64,000 nt of DNA, taken from positions 1,680-65,679 of the forward strand of contig CAISYC010000048.1 in the NCBI GenBank assembly GCA_903889565.1, written 5' to 3'. Numbering within the stretch: position 1 is the stretch's first letter; the number at the start of each line of letters is the position of its first letter. The DNA is from an uncultured beta proteobacterium. GTDB taxonomy: Bacteria > Pseudomonadota > Gammaproteobacteria > Burkholderiales > SG8-41. The notes below the pieces were generated by a model, which did not search any database, was not told where the DNA came from, and worked only from the letters and a program-made list of their open reading frames with translations. Positions 28,007 to 36,968 of the stretch are shown one piece after another. The translations under genes were made by a program, and so were the position numbers.

Positions 28007-29272
28007 TCAGCCGCGCGGCCCCCCGCCCGGCGTCCAGACGTTGCGGCAGCGCGTTTCGGTGAGGCGCGTCGCGCCGATCACCGCGATCAGCGTCCACGCC
28101 ACGATTACGCCAATGCCCGCGCGGTAGGCGTCGCCGCTGCCGGCGCCGTGATCGACTACCCAGCCGACCAGCGGCTGCAGGATACCGGAGGCGGCGAATC
28201 CGCCGATGTTGACCACGGCGATCGCCATGCCGGCGCACTGCGGCGGATTGACCTCTTTCGCCACCGACCACGCCAGCGTGAAGCCGGGACCGGCAAGTCC
28301 GAACAGGATGGCCGCGCAGACGAAGCCCGCCGTATTGCCGCTCGGGATCAGCAGCCACAGCAGGCCGCTCGCAAAAAACACGATGCTGCTGGCGATTGTG
28401 ATCGACCGCCTTGCGCGCACGCGGTCCGACCACCAGCCGACGAAGGAAACCGAAAACGCAAAGGCGACCAGCGTGATCGCCGGAAAAACGCCGGCTTCGA
28501 TCTGCCGCATGCCGTGCGCGTGCACCAGATAGGGCACTGCCCACAGGCTGACGAAGGTCATGAAAGCGCCGGACATGCTGAAGGTCAGCCAGAACGGCGG
28601 CCATGTCGCTTTGTTGAGCAGCACCGATTTGAGCGCGCGGCGCCATTGCCCCGGCGCGACGCGGCTTTGCGCGCGCCCCGGCGCATCGCGCACCAGCATT
28701 GCAATCGCCGCCGCGAGCACAATTGAAAACACCCCGATCGCGCTGAACACATGGCGCCACGACAGCTGCGTGACCAGCCAGGCCAGCGGTGCAGTGCCGG
28801 CGAGCGCGCCCATGATGCCCGACACGTTGGACACGCCGACCGCGGTGGCGAAACGCTGCTCGCTGAACCAGTTGGCGTGCAGCTTCAGCATACAGACGAA
28901 CACGCCCGAGACGCCGAAACCGATCAAACCGCGTGCCGCGGCGGCAGCGCCGAAACTTTGCGCCATACCGTAGGCGAGCGAACCGATGCCGGCCACACCC
29001 AAGCCGGCAACCAGAATGATGCGCGGACCGATGGTGTCGATCAGCACGCCGAGCGGAATCTGCGTCAGGCCGTAGACGTAGAAGTAGGTGGCGCCGAGCG
29101 TGCCGAGCGCGGCGGCGCCAATGCCGAATTCCTGCTGCAGGTCGGCGGCGATCGCACCGGTGCAGACGCGGTGAAAGAACGACAGGAAAAACGCCGCGCA
29201 ACTGAGGAAGAAGGCGCTCCAGCGCCACCACGATGCCGCGTCCACCGGCGCGCCAGCGGCGCCCGCTTTCAT
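28007..29272 (-). CDS. MFS transporter (anion:cation symporter-like)
   Basis: 12-TM profile with the MFS loop motif GVLIDTIGPR. The ORF was trimmed to ATG 29272. Confidence 0.85.
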   Translation of the reverse strand: MKAGAAGAPVDAASWWRWSAFFLSCAAFFLSFFHRVCTGAIAADLQQEFGIGAAALGTLGATYFYVYGLTQIPLGVLIDTIGPRIILVAGLGVAGIGSLAYGMAQSFGAAAAARGLIGFGVSGVFVCMLKLHANWFSEQRFATAVGVSNVSGIMGALAGTAPLAWLVTQLSWRHVFSAIGVFSIVLAAAIAMLVRDAPGRAQSRVAPGQWRRALKSVLLNKATWPPFWLTFSMSGAFMTFVSLWAVPYLVHAHGMRQIEAGVFPAITLVAFAFSVSFVGWWSDRVRARRSITIASSIVFFASGLLWLLIPSGNTAGFVCAAILFGLAGPGFTLAWSVAKEVNPPQCAGMAIAVVNIGGFAASGILQPLVGWVVDHGAGSGDAYRAGIGVIVAWTLIAVIGATRLTETRCRNVWTPGGGPRG

Positions 29273-29351
29273 GCGGGCGGGCCGCTCAAAAACACAGAGC
29301 AACGCGCGGCTGCCCTGTGCGTGCAACGATGCGGTTCAGACGCAATCCGCC

Positions 29352-31250
29352 TCAACCTCCGGAGCCGTACAGATAATTCGGCAGCCACAGGGTCATGCCC
29401 GGCCAGATATACATGATGACCATGCACAGGATCACGATCAGCATGTACGGCATCATGCCGGCGAAAATCTGATTGAGCGTAACATGCGGCGGCGACACGC
29501 CTTTGAGGTAGAACGCCGACATCGCCACCGGCGGGCTCAAAAAGGCGGCCTGCAGATTGACGAAAACCAGCGTGCCCCACAGGATCGGGTCGATGCTAAA
29601 GTGCTTGAGCAGCGGCAGGAAAATCGGCACGAAAATGACGATGATCTCGGTCCATTCGAGCGGCCAGCCAAGCACGAAAATGATCGCCTGCGAGAGAACC
29701 ATGAACTGCACCGGCGTCAGGTTCAGCGACAGCACCCAGTGCTCGACCAGCTGCTGGCCGCCAAGTATCGCGAACACCGCCGAAAACAGCGCCGAGCCGA
29801 CGAACAGCCAGCACACCATTGCGGTCGTCTTCGCCGTCAGAAACACCGACTGCTTGACGCGCTCCCAGTCGAGCGTGCGCGCGTGCAGCGCGAGGATGAA
29901 GGCCCCAGCCGCGCCGATGCCCGCCGACTCCGTCGCCGTGGTAATGCCGAACAAAATCACCGCCAGCACGACGAGGGTCAGAATACCCAGCGGCATCACC
30001 GATTCGACCAGCAGCTTGAGAATCTGGAACTGCTCGGCGCGCAGGCTCCAGTAGTAATACAGCAGCAGCAAGGCGGTCACTGCGACGGCAATCCAGAAAT
30101 ACGTATAGAACTCCGGCGGCGGCCCGCTCGCCGACGGCGCTGCGTTGCCCTCCGACAGTTCCGGCGTGCCCATTTCCTGCAGGCCCTCAGGTTCCTTGGC
30201 ATCGGATTCCGGCGTCGCCGTTGCATTCGAACCGAGTTCCTGCGGCATCTCTTCGCTGGCGGCCGCCGGCGCCGCAGGCGCAGGCGCGGCCGCCACCGGT
30301 TCGCTCTGCTTTTGCGCAAGGCTCACCGCGGGCTTCGCCGGCGGCACATCGGCCTGCTGGTGAATCACCACGTACCACCAGATGCCCCAGCAGGTGACAA
30401 CCGCCAGCAACAGCGGGAACAGCGCAGCCAGCAGGTTGCGCAGCACCGTCAGATAGGTGAATTTCAGGCCTTCGGCATCAAGCTGCAAGGCGCGGCCCGG
30501 ACGCACTGCGGCGGCCAGCAGCGACATCAGCATGTTGCGCGAATAGGCCTGCTGCATCTGCGGCACCCACGCCGGAATCGGCACCTGATTCTCGCTCTCG
30601 GGCAGGCGCGGCGCGATCTTCGGATTGATCAGCGCCCAGCCGATGATGTAGACGAGATACAGGAAGGACAGGAAAAACCCCGGGAACATTGCCGACGCAT
30701 AGAGCTTGACCACCGACTGCCCCGCCACCGCGGCATACACGATGATCATCACCGACGGCGGGATCAGTATGCCCAGCGTGCCGCCGGCGGTGATCACGCC
30801 CGAGGCGAGCCGCACGTCGTAACCGGCCTTCAGCATCGGATTGAATGCGATCACACCCATCAGCACCACCACCGCGCCGACCAGACCGCTGGCAATGCCC
30901 CAGAAAGTGCAAACGATCAGTGTCGCCACCGCCAGCGATGCCGGCAGCCGGCGGAACGCGAGCTGGATGCTGTAGAACATCTTGTCCACCAGCGCGCCGC
31001 GTTCCATCACGTAGCCCATCAGCACGAACAATGGTATCGACAGCAGCGTGTCGTTGGTCATCGCGCCGTACGTGCGTTCGACCATGAGGTCGAAGATGCG
31101 GTTGTCGAGAAAGGCCCGCGACGGATCGTGAAAGGCGATGAAGCCGAAAAACATGCCGAGCCCCATCAGCGTGAACGCCGTCGGGAAGCCCAGCATGATC
31201 ACGACCACGATGAGGCTGAGCATCAGAAGGCCGAGTGCGGGGTCGCTCAT
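29352..31250 (-). CDS. TRAP transporter large permease (DctM family) with a large internal insertion
   Basis: DctM core motifs are present (SIPLFVLMGY, GILIPPS). The protein is 632 aa and includes an Ala/Pro/Glu-rich segment at residues ~298-380. It overlaps dctQ by 4 nt. Confidence 0.85.
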   Translation of the reverse strand: MSDPALGLLMLSLIVVVIMLGFPTAFTLMGLGMFFGFIAFHDPSRAFLDNRIFDLMVERTYGAMTNDTLLSIPLFVLMGYVMERGALVDKMFYSIQLAFRRLPASLAVATLIVCTFWGIASGLVGAVVVLMGVIAFNPMLKAGYDVRLASGVITAGGTLGILIPPSVMIIVYAAVAGQSVVKLYASAMFPGFFLSFLYLVYIIGWALINPKIAPRLPESENQVPIPAWVPQMQQAYSRNMLMSLLAAAVRPGRALQLDAEGLKFTYLTVLRNLLAALFPLLLAVVTCWGIWWYVVIHQQADVPPAKPAVSLAQKQSEPVAAAPAPAAPAAASEEMPQELGSNATATPESDAKEPEGLQEMGTPELSEGNAAPSASGPPPEFYTYFWIAVAVTALLLLYYYWSLRAEQFQILKLLVESVMPLGILTLVVLAVILFGITTATESAGIGAAGAFILALHARTLDWERVKQSVFLTAKTTAMVCWLFVGSALFSAVFAILGGQQLVEHWVLSLNLTPVQFMVLSQAIIFVLGWPLEWTEIIVIFVPIFLPLLKHFSIDPILWGTLVFVNLQAAFLSPPVAMSAFYLKGVSPPHVTLNQIFAGMMPYMLIVILCMVIMYIWPGMTLWLPNYLYGSGG

Positions 31251-31948
31251 CGCTGCTCTCCCGGCGGGTGTCGGCCGACTTCCTCGGCGGCGCGTTCACC
31301 GAGGCCGCGCTGATGCGCCGCCTCGTCGATTTCATGCACGTTTTCGATCGCCCGCTTGCGCGACTCGTCATCGACGTGCGTGCTTTTCGCAAGCTGCTGC
31401 TCGACGACGTCGATTTCCTCGGCGTCCTTCAGGCGCGCGGGCCACTCGCCGGTTTTGAGACAGACCACGCAGCGCACGATTTCCGCTACGCCCTGCAGCA
31501 TGACCAGCGCGCCGGCAATCGGAATGAATGTCTTGAATTGATAGACCGGCGGCCCCTCGGCCGTGATACTCGAATGTTCGCGGATGATCCACGAGGTGTG
31601 GGCAAAATCGGCGCCGGCGTAACACAGCGCGGCGATGCCCGGAATGAAGAAAACGATATAGAGAATCAGATCGAGGCTGGCCTGCGTGCGCGGCTTCATC
31701 GAACCGTACAGGAAGTCGCCACGCACATGGCCGTCCTGCGCCAGCGTGTAGGCGCCGCACATCATGAAGGTGGCGCCGTACATCATGGTCGTGATGTCGA
31801 GAAACCATGCCGAGGGATCGTTCAGAAAATAGCGCTTGATCACCTCGGCGGTGACCACCAGCATCAGCACCCCGATCAGCCAGGCAAAGGCCTTGCCGCA
31901 CCAGGTGCTGACGCTGTCGACCCAGAACAGAAACCGCTGAACCTGCAT
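31247..31948 (-). CDS. TRAP transporter small permease (DctQ family) with acidic C-terminal tail
   Basis: Four TM helices are followed by a charged tail of about 70 aa. The ORF was trimmed to ATG 31948. Confidence 0.8.
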   Translation of the reverse strand: MQVQRFLFWVDSVSTWCGKAFAWLIGVLMLVVTAEVIKRYFLNDPSAWFLDITTMMYGATFMMCGAYTLAQDGHVRGDFLYGSMKPRTQASLDLILYIVFFIPGIAALCYAGADFAHTSWIIREHSSITAEGPPVYQFKTFIPIAGALVMLQGVAEIVRCVVCLKTGEWPARLKDAEEIDVVEQQLAKSTHVDDESRKRAIENVHEIDEAAHQRGLGERAAEEVGRHPPGEQR

Positions 31949-32047
31949 GAAATCCCCCGTCCGCGCGCTGCGCGCCGGTTTCGTCGCGCTAAAAAAAACC
32001 ACCCTGCAGCCGTGAACTGCAGGGTGGCGATGGCTTCAGACTTCCGC

Positions 32048-33199
32048 TCAGGCCTTCTTCGAAAAATAATGCCTGGCGGCGACCTTGAAGTCGATGTTGG
32101 TGTCGTTCTGCCATTTGGTCGCGCGCTCCGCGAACTTTTTCTGCGACGCGATGACCTTGGCGAACATCGGGTTCTCGGCGGACTTCTTCTCGACGATGCC
32201 GTCCCACACCTTGAGCTGCTCGGCCAGTATGGAGTCAGGCGTCTTGTAAAACTTGACCTTGTCCTTCGACTGCAGCTCGATATAGTCCTGCGAGTAGCGT
32301 TCGATCGCCTTCCACGACATGTCGGCCGAGGCCGATTCGACCGCGTAGCCGAGAATGGCTTTAAGGTCGGGCGGCAGCGAATCGTATTTCTTCTTGTTCC
32401 ACAGAATCTCGAACTGCTCGCCCGACTGGTGCCAGCTTTGCAGCATGCAGACCTTGGAGACGTCGGCAAAACCCAGCGCGCGGTCGGACGAGGTGTTGTT
32501 GAACTCGGCCGCATCGAGCAGACCGCGGTCCATCGCCGAGACGATTTCGCCGCCGGGCAGCGCGTTCACCGCCGCGCCGAGTCCGGTGAAAATATCGATC
32601 GACAGGCCGACGGTGCGGTACTTGAGGCCCTTGAAATCCTCCTTCTTGGTGACCGGCTTCTTGAACCAGCCGAGCGGCTGCGTCGGCATCGGGCCATAGA
32701 GAAAGGACACCACGTCGAGATTGAGGTTCTTGTAGATTTCCTCGAGCATCGCCTTGCCGCCGCCATAGTAGTGCCATGCCAGCACCATGTTGGCGTCCAT
32801 GCCGAAGGCCGGGCCCGAGCCCCAGATCGCCATCGCGGAATTTTTACCATACCAGTAGGCCAGCACGCCGTGACCGCCGTCGAGCGTGCCCTTGGACACC
32901 GCATCGATCAGGTCGAAGGCCTTGACGACCGCGCCCGCCGGCAGCACCTCGATGCGCAGACGGCCGCCCGACATGTCGTTGACCTTTTTCGCGTAGTCGA
33001 GCGCGTATTCGTGGAAGATATCCTTGGTCGGCCAGGTCGACTGCCAGCGCATGGTAATCGGCGACTGCGCGACCGAAATCATCGGGAAACCGGTGATCGC
33101 CGCACCGGTCGTTGCGACCGCGGCGCCGGTCAGAAATTTGCGGCGCGAAGCGGCAGGCGTGGCTTGCACATCCTTTTTCTGATCCTTACTGACCATCAT
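32048..33199 (-). CDS. TRAP transporter substrate-binding protein (DctP family, Tat signal)
   Basis: Twin-arginine signal SRRKFLTGAAVATTGAAI. A perfect Shine-Dalgarno (CCAGGAGG) precedes ATG 33199. The layout matches the COG4663-like mannitol/chloroaromatic TRAP class. Confidence 0.85.
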   Translation of the reverse strand: MMVSKDQKKDVQATPAASRRKFLTGAAVATTGAAITGFPMISVAQSPITMRWQSTWPTKDIFHEYALDYAKKVNDMSGGRLRIEVLPAGAVVKAFDLIDAVSKGTLDGGHGVLAYWYGKNSAMAIWGSGPAFGMDANMVLAWHYYGGGKAMLEEIYKNLNLDVVSFLYGPMPTQPLGWFKKPVTKKEDFKGLKYRTVGLSIDIFTGLGAAVNALPGGEIVSAMDRGLLDAAEFNNTSSDRALGFADVSKVCMLQSWHQSGEQFEILWNKKKYDSLPPDLKAILGYAVESASADMSWKAIERYSQDYIELQSKDKVKFYKTPDSILAEQLKVWDGIVEKKSAENPMFAKVIASQKKFAERATKWQNDTNIDFKVAARHYFSKKA

Positions 33200-33361
33200 G
33201 ACCTCCTGGGTGGTGAAACATTCAGTTTCGAATAACGCGTCTGTGCGCGTATTTTTGTTCTGCGTTCGCCGCGCATCACCCCGGCGCCGGCATGCAATCA
33301 CCGACAACGGAAATGCGCAGGCGAAAATGCCGGTCAATGCTATACCCCGCCCTACGCGAAA

Positions 33362-34639
33362 TCAAGCTTGCAACCGCCGCCCTGACAAGGGAACCGGACT
33401 CGACGGCGCCACCGAATTTTCCATGACGCGCTGGTGCGCTGCGTGCGGCTGCCAGCCCAGCATGGCGAGCAACACCGCAAAGCCGGCGACATAGGCCAGC
33501 GCAACATGCCAGCCATGGCGTAACCACAGTCCGACCGACTTCGCCTCCGGATACAGATTCGACAACGCGACACCGGCCGACGAACCGAACCAGATCATCG
33601 ACCCGCCGAAACCGACCGCATAGGCGAGAAAACCCCAATCGTAGCCGCCCTGCTGCAGGGCCAGCGCAGTGAGCGGAATGTTGTCGAACACGGCGGACAG
33701 AAATCCGAGCCCCAGCGCCGACGGCCACGATGCAGCCGGCAGATGCTCAACCGGCATCAGCGAGGCGCACAGCACCAGTGCCAGCAGAAACACGCTGCCG
33801 CGCGCCGCCGCCGGCACGATCTCCCAGTCGGCGCGACGCACCCCCGCGCTCGCCAGTATCGCGACCCACACCGCCACGCCGATGAACGGAAAACGGTCGG
33901 CCGATTCAGCGACATGCAGATTGACGATGACGTTGGTGGCAATCGCAGTCAAAAGAATGAAGGCGACCACGCCCAGCCGCGGCCAGTCGATACGAATATG
34001 CTGATGCGCGTGTTTCAGGATCGGCGAATAGCGCTGCTGCTGCAACGACGCCGGAATGCCGAACACAACCAGCGCCACTGTTGCAGCCACATAGGCATGC
34101 AGCACGTTGAGCGGATCGACGCCGTCGAGCCACATCATGGTCGTCGTGGTGTCGCCGACCACGCTGCCGGCACCGCCGGCATTGGCGGCGGCAACGATTG
34201 CCGCCAGATATCCGATATGCACCTTCGCGCGAAACAGCGTATGTGCCATCGCACCGCCGATCATCGCCGCCGCGATGTTATCGAGAAACGCCGACAGCAG
34301 GAAGACGATGACGAGCATGATGAAGCCGCCCTTCCAGTCGTGCGGCAGAAAACGCGGCAGCGCCGCCGGCGCGTGGCTTTTCTCGAAATGCCGAGCCAGC
34401 AGCGCAAAGCCCGTCAGCAGTCCCAATAGATTCGCCAGCAGCGCCCATTCATGCGCAAGATGCGTAACAAGTCCGGCGATGCCGGCGCCGGACTTGAATC
34501 CGGTGAACGCGAGTTTGTAGCCGACAATGACGGCGAGACCGACCAGCGCAGCTTGCAGCGTATGGCGATGCAACAGGGCGACCGCCAGCAACGTGGCGGC
34601 AAACAGCAGAAATTCGACCGGCACGCCGGCTACCGTCAT
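33362..34639 (-). CDS. NhaD/ArsB/citrate-transporter superfamily permease
   Basis: 426-aa polytopic protein (FLDNIAAAMI, SAVFDNIPLTA motifs). Its ATG overlaps the lutC stop (ATGA at 34636-34639). The 553-aa track ORF is an artefactual 5' extension into lutC. Confidence 0.8.
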   Translation of the reverse strand: MTVAGVPVEFLLFAATLLAVALLHRHTLQAALVGLAVIVGYKLAFTGFKSGAGIAGLVTHLAHEWALLANLLGLLTGFALLARHFEKSHAPAALPRFLPHDWKGGFIMLVIVFLLSAFLDNIAAAMIGGAMAHTLFRAKVHIGYLAAIVAAANAGGAGSVVGDTTTTMMWLDGVDPLNVLHAYVAATVALVVFGIPASLQQQRYSPILKHAHQHIRIDWPRLGVVAFILLTAIATNVIVNLHVAESADRFPFIGVAVWVAILASAGVRRADWEIVPAAARGSVFLLALVLCASLMPVEHLPAASWPSALGLGFLSAVFDNIPLTALALQQGGYDWGFLAYAVGFGGSMIWFGSSAGVALSNLYPEAKSVGLWLRHGWHVALAYVAGFAVLLAMLGWQPHAAHQRVMENSVAPSSPVPLSGRRLQA

Positions 34640-35292
34640 GCCGCGATGATCACGAGGTGCACGCGGTACGGCCCGTGCGCGCCGAGCACCAGCGTCTGTT
34701 CGATATCTGCAGTGCGCGACGGACCGGAGATGAAATTCACCGCGCGCGGCATCGCATCGGCGCCGCACTCCGCGCGCTGCAAAGCCCACGCATCCTCCAT
34801 GCCGCGCACGATGCGCGACCGCGGCAGCACCGCGATATGCGTTTCCGGCAACAGGCTGGTGGCCCCCGGCGTGTCGGCGCCGGACAACAGCATCAGCGTG
34901 CCGGTCTCGGCAATCGCGCAGAAGGCGCCAGTGATGCCGACAAGATCGTTGCCATGGGTTTCGCGCGCCTCGATCTGCAATCCGGCGGAGGTCCAATCGA
35001 GTGCCGCAAGTTCCGCCCAGCACACAGCATTCAGCGGCAGTTGATTGTTTCGCAGATAACGCGCCACCGCCGCAGGCACCGCGGCGAGATCAGCGACTTC
35101 ATCGAGCGTCGTCGTCAGCGACAGCGCGCGTTCGCGCAGACGTTGGAGCGGATCCCAGTCTGACGGCGGACGCGGTCCTGACGGATGCGCCGCGATATAG
35201 GTTGCAACGGCGGCGGTTTCCGGCGCCGACGGCGCCCCCGCCCGACCCTGCGCGGCGCGAATCCGGGATAGTATGGCGTCGCGGGAATTCAA
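34636..35292 (-). CDS. lutC: lactate utilization protein C (LUD domain, YkgG-like)
   Basis: 218 aa with the LUD-domain pattern (ILSRIR..., GITGAFCAIAETGTLML, SGPSRTADIE). It starts at TTG 35292. Confidence 0.8.
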   Translation of the reverse strand: MNSRDAILSRIRAAQGRAGAPSAPETAAVATYIAAHPSGPRPPSDWDPLQRLRERALSLTTTLDEVADLAAVPAAVARYLRNNQLPLNAVCWAELAALDWTSAGLQIEARETHGNDLVGITGAFCAIAETGTLMLLSGADTPGATSLLPETHIAVLPRSRIVRGMEDAWALQRAECGADAMPRAVNFISGPSRTADIEQTLVLGAHGPYRVHLVIIAA

Positions 35293-35304
35293 GATTTGAA
35301 CCGC

Positions 35305-35370
35305 GCCACAGAGTTCACAGAGAAGAAATCGGTCAAAGGCATCGCGCTTTAACTCTGTGCACTCTGTGGC
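35305..35370. repeat. 18-bp inverted repeat (gccacagagttcacagag / ctctgtgcactctgtggc) with a 30-nt spacer, between mmsA and lutC
   Basis: Arms are at 35305-35322 and 35353-35370, with 17 of 18 positions complementary. A third copy of the 18-mer lies at 26948-26965. Confidence 0.8.
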
Positions 35371-35378
35371 AAAAGCAT

Positions 35379-36926
35379 TTAACCCAGCGTCGGCATGTTA
35401 AAACCCTGCGGCACTGCGTTCGCATCCGGCCAGCGCGTGCTGATGACCTTGGCGCGCGTGTAGAAGCGCACGCCTTCCATGCCGTGCACATGCTGGTCGC
35501 CGAACAGCGAATTGCGCCAGCCGCCGAACGAGTAGAACGCCACCGGCACCGGAATCGGCACGTTGACGCCGACCATGCCGACTTCGATTTCGCGCTCGAA
35601 CTTGCGCGCGGCGCCGCCGGAACGCGTAAAGATCGCGGTGCCGTTGGCGTAGGGGTTTGAGTTGATCAGCTTGATCGCGTCTTCGAGCGTATCGACGCGC
35701 ACCACCACCAGCACCGGCCCGAAAATTTCTTCCTTGTAGACACTCATGTCGGTGCGCACCTTGTCGAGCAGCGTGGCGCCGAGGAAGAAGCCTTCTTCGT
35801 AACCCTTGACCTTGTAGCCGCGGCCGTCGAGCACCATCACCGCGCCTTCGGCCGCGCCCTTGTCCACGTACGACGCGACCTTGTCGCGATGCACCTTGGT
35901 GACCAGCGGCCCCATGTCCATTTCCTTGCCATCGACCTTGCTGTCGCCGGGGCCGATCTTGAGCGCAGCGGCTTTTTCTTTCAGCTTCGCCACCAGCGGA
36001 TCGGCTGCGGCGCCGACTGCCACCACCGCCGAGATCGACATGCAACGCTCGCCGGCCGAACCGTAGGCCGCGCCCATCAGCGCATCGGCGGTGAATTCGA
36101 GGTCGCTCGGGTTTGTAGTCATGTCGGGCAGGATGACGGCATGGTTTTTGGCGCCGCCCAGCGCCTGCACGCGCTTGCCGTTCTTCGACGCGGTTTCGTA
36201 AATGTATTTGGCGATCGGCGTCGAGCCGACGAAAGAAATGCCCTTGATCCCCGGATGATTGAGCAGCGCGTCGACCGCCTCTTTGTCACCGTGCACGACG
36301 TTGAATACACCGTCGGGCAGCCCCGCCTGCTTCAGCAGTTCTGCCATCAGCATCGAGGCCGACGGCACTTTTTCCGACGGCTTGAGGATGAAGGTGTTGC
36401 CGCAGGCCAGCGCCACCGGGAACATCCACAGCGGCACCATCACCGGAAAGTTGAACGGCGTAATGCCGGCGCAGACGCCGATCGGCTGGCGGATCGAATG
36501 GCAATCGACACCGGTGCCGATCTCTTCGCTGTATTCGCCCTTGATCAGGTGCGGAATGCCCATCGCGAATTCCACCACCTCGATACCGCGCTGCACCGAG
36601 CCGCCGGCATCGGCCAGCGTCTTGCCGTGTTCCTGCGTCACCAGTTGCGCGAGTTCGGCACGATTGGCTTCGAGCAGCTCGCGGAATTTCATCAGCACGC
36701 GCGCGCGGCGCAGCACCGGCGCATCGCGCCACGCCGGCAGTGCTTTGGTCGCCGCCTGCACCGCGGCATCGATATCGGCGGCGTTGCTGAACGGTATTGT
36801 TTTAGTGACCTTGCCGGTCGCCGGATTGGTGATCTCGCCGGCGCGCGAGCCGCTGGCGGCGCGCGGCTTGCCGTCGATCCATAACGGCACGGCAGGTAAT
36901 TGCTGCAAATCGGCTGGCTTGTTCAT
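35379..36926 (-). CDS. mmsA: CoA-acylating methylmalonate-semialdehyde (malonate-semialdehyde) dehydrogenase
   Basis: 515-aa ALDH fold with FNFPVMVPLWMFP, ILKPSEKVP and catalytic-Cys motif GERCMS. It lacks the usual ALDH general-base Glu context, as MMSDH enzymes do. Confidence 0.85.
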   Translation of the reverse strand: MNKPADLQQLPAVPLWIDGKPRAASGSRAGEITNPATGKVTKTIPFSNAADIDAAVQAATKALPAWRDAPVLRRARVLMKFRELLEANRAELAQLVTQEHGKTLADAGGSVQRGIEVVEFAMGIPHLIKGEYSEEIGTGVDCHSIRQPIGVCAGITPFNFPVMVPLWMFPVALACGNTFILKPSEKVPSASMLMAELLKQAGLPDGVFNVVHGDKEAVDALLNHPGIKGISFVGSTPIAKYIYETASKNGKRVQALGGAKNHAVILPDMTTNPSDLEFTADALMGAAYGSAGERCMSISAVVAVGAAADPLVAKLKEKAAALKIGPGDSKVDGKEMDMGPLVTKVHRDKVASYVDKGAAEGAVMVLDGRGYKVKGYEEGFFLGATLLDKVRTDMSVYKEEIFGPVLVVVRVDTLEDAIKLINSNPYANGTAIFTRSGGAARKFEREIEVGMVGVNVPIPVPVAFYSFGGWRNSLFGDQHVHGMEGVRFYTRAKVISTRWPDANAVPQGFNMPTLG

Positions 36927-36968
36927 CGGCTCCCCTGGAATATTGGTGCGGAAAAAGGGTCGATTCTA

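Noticed and set aside
29288-29320. CACAGAG heptamer and a CACAG/CTGTG pair in the MFS-dctM intergenic region, plus gccacag at 41353 upstream of lutA, considered as further copies of the 18-mer
   Set aside because: Only 5-7 nt match. Heptamers of this kind are expected several times by chance in 64 kb, so I did not count them as copies.
29271-33235. Two long + strand ORFs (29271-31313, 680 aa; 31235-33235, 666 aa)
   Set aside because: Antisense to the TRAP dctM, dctQ and dctP genes, which have clear family motifs, Shine-Dalgarno sequences and translational coupling. The composition is typical of frame-shadow ORFs.
33362-35023. 553-aa version of the permease ORF, with similar 5'-extended track ORFs at 50721-53216, 39629-40702, 14147-15250, 32048-33337 and 39096-39740
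   Set aside because: The extensions overlap the upstream genes in another frame and are Arg-rich. In each case an internal ATG gives the family-typical N-terminus and is supported by an ATGA stop/start overlap, a good Shine-Dalgarno, or (for the antitoxin ORF 39096-39740) a candidate promoter -10 box overlapping the alternative upstream ATG.
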